A stretch of 57,239 nucleotides of DNA from Oscillospiraceae bacterium (GTDB lineage: Bacteria > Bacillota > Clostridia > Oscillospirales > Oscillospiraceae). The stretch is taken from NCBI GenBank assembly GCA_017473455.1, contig JAFULI010000069.1:1-57239 (forward strand). The letters are read 5' to 3'. A model generated the notes under the pieces. That model saw only the letters and a program-made list of their open reading frames with translations. It searched no databases and had not been told where the DNA came from. Position 1 is the stretch's first letter. Each line of letters starts with the position of its first letter. This document shows, piece by piece, positions 53,685-57,239 of this stretch. A program made the position numbers and the translations under genes.

Positions 53685-55811
53685 TTACATCAGAGGCTCC
53701 ATGCCCAGAACGGGATGGTTCTTTTCGGTGAGCCAATTCAGCAGTTCTTCGCAATCGGTGGTGATGGTTTCGTCGGCAATATAGTTGGTGAAGTTCTCGA
53801 TTCCGTACAGCTCCAGAGCAGTCTTGTTCAGCCGCTCGCCCACATCGTCCTTCAGTTCCTTGGGCATCCAGACAATTCTGGCAGTGCCGCCTTCCGCAAA
53901 GATGAACTTCTTGGAGGCGATGAAGTGACGGCCATGTCCCATATAACCCGGAGTCTGGACACCGCCGCCGGTGCAGCTTGCCAGCTCACCAAAGGTCATA
54001 CCTGCAGGTGTCATACCCTTGAATTCACGGTTAACGATGATCACACCGTTGCTCATAGGCTCGATGCCGCAAATGCACTCGAAGCAGCCGCAGGAGGTCA
54101 TGGGGTCTTCCAGAATGGAGTAGAGGGTGACGGTCTCCACCGCACCGTGGGTGGCATCGTTGATTGCCTTGTCCACCGTGGCGAACCGTCCGGTACGCTC
54201 GTCGGTACAGCCTTCCTTGAAAATGGGCTGACAGGGGCCGTTGGGGTCAAGCTCATTGGTAGCCTTGGCATCCAGCCAGCTCACCGCACCGCACAGACCC
54301 AAACGCTCCGGGGTAACCACGCAGCAATGAGCAGGGGCGAAGGACTGGCACAGAATGCAGGTATAGTAGCGGTCGACGCTCTCATCGGTCATGGAAGCCA
54401 GGCGATCATCTCTCTGGGCATACTTGGGCATGGCAACGGTATCCCGGAACTTCTCTGCCTCGGCAGCATCGGTAATCAGAGTCACCTGACACTTATCCAC
54501 AACGGCATCAAACTCGTTCATAATCATAACGTACAGCACTTCGGCAAAGTCCTTCAGCCGCAGTCCTGCCTCATAAGCAGCATTGCTGACACGGACACGA
54601 ACCTGATTCCGCTGACCGGTGTGCATAACGCCTTCCATATAGTTGAACCATGCGTGGAACTTCCGCTCGATAACCGCTTCAAAGTCCACCTGCATCTTCT
54701 TGCCGGCAACTTCCACATAGGTCACCAGAGCCAGCTCTGCGGCATCATCCAGATCCGGTCCGATGATGGTAATCTTATGGTCTTCCACATCCCCAATTCC
54801 CCGCATCTCAACCAGCTCGGCGGTGGGGTTTTTGGCAGACCAGAACTCGTTGTGCATATCCGCTTTGCGGATGATTTCACCCTCAAAAGCAGCGGCAAAG
54901 GCTACGGGGATGGGCAGCTCGGTGGTCTTAATCTTGATTTCCCGAAGCTCCAGAGATTTCTTCACGGTTTCACTGTGGTCGCACACAGACTCCAGCGCAC
55001 CGGGAACCTGGTTCTCGCCCAAATCGATGTCCACCACTACAGGGAAGCCCAGAGCGATGGCACCGGCACCGGCAGAAACCACCACAGCATCGATGGCGCC
55101 AAAGGTATTGACAAAGGCAGGAACACGGTTCTTGGTATAAGCAAGCAAGCCTGCAAGGTCACCGGGCTGGACATTACCGAAAATCAGCGCTGCACGGATG
55201 GCAACGGTGACAACGTGAATTACGGAAGTGACGTCATGTCCCAGAGGTACAACACGGTACTCCAGACCCATCTTCACGCCGCCCTCGGCGCACTGCTCGA
55301 TGACATCGCCCACCATAAAGGTCATCAGACCCTTGGACTGGTAATCCTTGACCACCTTTACCACATCGGCAGCATCCTCTGCCTTGCCCAGAACCACTGC
55401 CACACCGGGAATATCTCCCGTAACCAGCGGCACACCCAGAGAGCGGATGATGGGGTCGGGAACAAAACCGATTCCGCTGTCGTTTTCATAGGGGTTGTCG
55501 TTGTCCACCCATTTCAGACCTTCCAGAATTTCCGCACCCACAGCGGTGGCAAGTCCGGCATTCAGCGCCTGACCCAAATCCTCCTGATTGGTAATCAGGC
55601 TCTTCAGCACACCAACACAAGCGGTCAGGTCACCCAGAGTCTTGACCTTCACACCGGTAGCGGCATAAATCGTGGGGAAATAATATGCGGTATCCGGGAA
55701 AGCAATCTCTTTTTCCGTGCCGTACTTGGCAATGGCATCATTTACCGCACCCTCGGTGAGCCCAGCCACGGCATTACTGCCGCCATAGATCAGATCGGTC
55801 AATACACTCAT
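53685..55811 (-). CDS. acsB: Acetyl-CoA synthase (708 aa, clostridial type)
   Basis: FPDTAYY, CILCQSFAPAHCC, CGAVSWLD, DPMTSCGCFECI A-cluster ligands, GGVQTPG. Confidence 0.97.
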   Translation of the reverse strand: MSVLTDLIYGGSNAVAGLTEGAVNDAIAKYGTEKEIAFPDTAYYFPTIYAATGVKVKTLGDLTACVGVLKSLITNQEDLGQALNAGLATAVGAEILEGLKWVDNDNPYENDSGIGFVPDPIIRSLGVPLVTGDIPGVAVVLGKAEDAADVVKVVKDYQSKGLMTFMVGDVIEQCAEGGVKMGLEYRVVPLGHDVTSVIHVVTVAIRAALIFGNVQPGDLAGLLAYTKNRVPAFVNTFGAIDAVVVSAGAGAIALGFPVVVDIDLGENQVPGALESVCDHSETVKKSLELREIKIKTTELPIPVAFAAAFEGEIIRKADMHNEFWSAKNPTAELVEMRGIGDVEDHKITIIGPDLDDAAELALVTYVEVAGKKMQVDFEAVIERKFHAWFNYMEGVMHTGQRNQVRVRVSNAAYEAGLRLKDFAEVLYVMIMNEFDAVVDKCQVTLITDAAEAEKFRDTVAMPKYAQRDDRLASMTDESVDRYYTCILCQSFAPAHCCVVTPERLGLCGAVSWLDAKATNELDPNGPCQPIFKEGCTDERTGRFATVDKAINDATHGAVETVTLYSILEDPMTSCGCFECICGIEPMSNGVIIVNREFKGMTPAGMTFGELASCTGGGVQTPGYMGHGRHFIASKKFIFAEGGTARIVWMPKELKDDVGERLNKTALELYGIENFTNYIADETITTDCEELLNWLTEKNHPVLGMEPLM

Positions 55812-55901
55812 AATAATTTCCTCCTAAATGATAATAATAAAATATCTATATCAAGCCCACAGGCTGAATATACAAAGTTAAGTTGGATAATAAAATGCAA
55901 A

Positions 55902-55932
55902 ATGGCTGGGAGGGAGGTTCCCTCCCAGCCAT
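55902..55932 (-). terminator. Terminator-like hairpin between acsC-acsE and acsB
   Basis: ATGGCTGGGAGGGA/TCCCTCCCAGCCAT followed by TTT on minus. Confidence 0.7.
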
Positions 55933-55957
55933 GATCGCTTGGGATTACCGTTCCGGA

Positions 55958-57238
55958 TTACAGATCCAGATAAGAATCGGAGTACAGAACGTGGTTCTTG
56001 AAGATGTCGCAGCTCTTGATGGTCTCCATCAGGCGGCGATCGTTGGGGTTGACGATAGCGGAGGTCAGACCCTGCATCATGCACATTGCCACCAGAGCGG
56101 AGTCCATGATGGGACGGACGTTCTTGGGAGCGCCGTTGGAGTTGTTGGACAGACCGCCGGTGGACTTCAGGCCCTCAGCGGAGAACAGACGGATTGCCTC
56201 GAGAACTTCCATCTGCTTGTCCTGCATACCCTTGACAACCAGGAACAGGGGGTCGAACCACAGGTCGTCGGAAGCCATGCCCAGAGACATACCACGCTCG
56301 AGCATATTGTGGCAGTGCTTCATACGCTCCTCGTTGTCCTTAGCAATGCCGTCGGCAGAGCAAAGAGCAATACAAATTGCATCGTTGGCAGCAGCCAGAT
56401 CGATGTAGCCGATACGGGAACCGGCATCGGCGGAGTTCACGATGGGCTTACCGTTGGTACGGTTGTACACACGGATACCGGCTTCGATGGCTCTCATGTT
56501 GGCGGTGTCCAGAGCCAGAGGAACGTTGTCGAAGTTCTCCTGCAGCAGCTTGACAGCCCACATCATACGCTCGGGGCCATCCTTCTCGGCAGGTCCGATG
56601 TTGACGTCCAGATAAGTAGCGCCGGCAGCAATCTGCTCAGCAGCACGACGGAGGATGGGCTCGGGATCCCGCTCGTCCATAGCCTTGCGGATGGTGGGAG
56701 CGATGCAGTGGATACGCTCGCCGATGGTGACGAAGGTGGGAGACTCGGGGTTGTGACCCTTGTAGTGCACACCCATGTCCACAACTTCGATCTTGGGAAC
56801 TCTGGTCTCCAGCAGCTCCTCGAAGCTCAGCTCCTTCTGCTCCACAACGGTGGCAGCCTTGGCGGCATTCTCGGCGGCAGCAGCGGCAGCGGCGGACTCG
56901 TACTCCTTGTCCTTCAGGTACTTGGGAAGCTGAACGGCTTCGGCAGGTCCGACGACCACGTTCCAGCCGGGGAGCTTCTCCTGAATCTCACCCTTCATAA
57001 CGGCAACCTTGCCGGGGATGATCAGGGTACGGTTCTTGATCTTATTCTCGATGTCCAGCTCCTCGAAGGTCTTCTTGACGGTGGAGGAGGAGAACTTGCC
57101 GGCAGCCCAGGCAGTCAGAACGGACATACCGGAAGCGTCGGTGATGATCAGGTTCACAGGCTGGTTGGAGCGCTCCAGTTCGCCGGAGACCAGGAAGTAG
57201 GTCAGAGCGAAGTCAACAGTCAGAGCGCAGGGGCTGTT
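55958..57238 (-). CDS. acsC-acsE: AcsC (CoFeSP large subunit, C-terminal part) fused to AcsE methyltransferase; 5' end outside window
   Basis: SPCALTVDFALTYFLVSGE...GMSVLTAWAAGKF...LIIPG...VVGPAEA (AcsC), about 57-aa linker, then IGERIH, YLDVNIG, ALDT, IVNS, FDPL, GLSNNSNG, IVNP (AcsE); no stop between them. Confidence 0.9.
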   Translation of the reverse strand, partial: NSPCALTVDFALTYFLVSGELERSNQPVNLIITDASGMSVLTAWAAGKFSSSTVKKTFEELDIENKIKNRTLIIPGKVAVMKGEIQEKLPGWNVVVGPAEAVQLPKYLKDKEYESAAAAAAAENAAKAATVVEQKELSFEELLETRVPKIEVVDMGVHYKGHNPESPTFVTIGERIHCIAPTIRKAMDERDPEPILRRAAEQIAAGATYLDVNIGPAEKDGPERMMWAVKLLQENFDNVPLALDTANMRAIEAGIRVYNRTNGKPIVNSADAGSRIGYIDLAAANDAICIALCSADGIAKDNEERMKHCHNMLERGMSLGMASDDLWFDPLFLVVKGMQDKQMEVLEAIRLFSAEGLKSTGGLSNNSNGAPKNVRPIMDSALVAMCMMQGLTSAIVNPNDRRLMETIKSCDIFKNHVLYSDSYLDL

Positions 57239-57239
57239 C

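Noticed and set aside
53640-55934. Long antisense ORFs (also 23664-25403, 41696-43675, 8618-10177, 6463-7956, 28593-29888)
   Set aside because: Shadows of well-supported genes on the other strand, expected from codon bias; no motifs or RBS
56738-56790. Separate acsE start at the internal Met (MGVHYKG)
   Set aside because: No Shine-Dalgarno sequence upstream and no stop closing acsC

Overview
Chromosomal window from a spore-forming, moderately GC-rich clostridial bacterium (Oscillospiraceae-like by gene content; inference). Left to right it holds tRNA-Asp/Val, hslO, the dcw cluster (mraZ to ftsZ, without ftsA or murD), a stand-alone ClpC-like ATPase behind a SigF-like promoter, a ferredoxin missed by the ORF track, trmN6-like/rsmI, abrB and spmAB. 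Next come a non-catalytic 3xCBM26 surface protein, pdxK, a LytTR/DUF3021 pair, GH13 and GH133 genes, pepT, ackA, tmcAL, a Cys-rich protein and an exonuclease. The middle has a small protein with a RiPP-like leader and duplicated core, tRNA-Trp/Ile2 next to an array of motif-punctuated hairpins, and a nested palindromic element. The right part has a three-LicD surface-glycopolymer operon (first licD broken by an in-frame TAG), a VTC/DUF4956 pair, an orphan barstar, YesL, CapA, and the 3' end of a Wood-Ljungdahl cluster. The strongest finding is that AcsC and AcsE are fused in one reading frame, followed by acsB, acsV/RACo and a frameshifted DUF3786 gene. No CRISPR, rRNA, transposase or phage genes were seen. 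All calls come from motif recognition by eye; no database searches were run.
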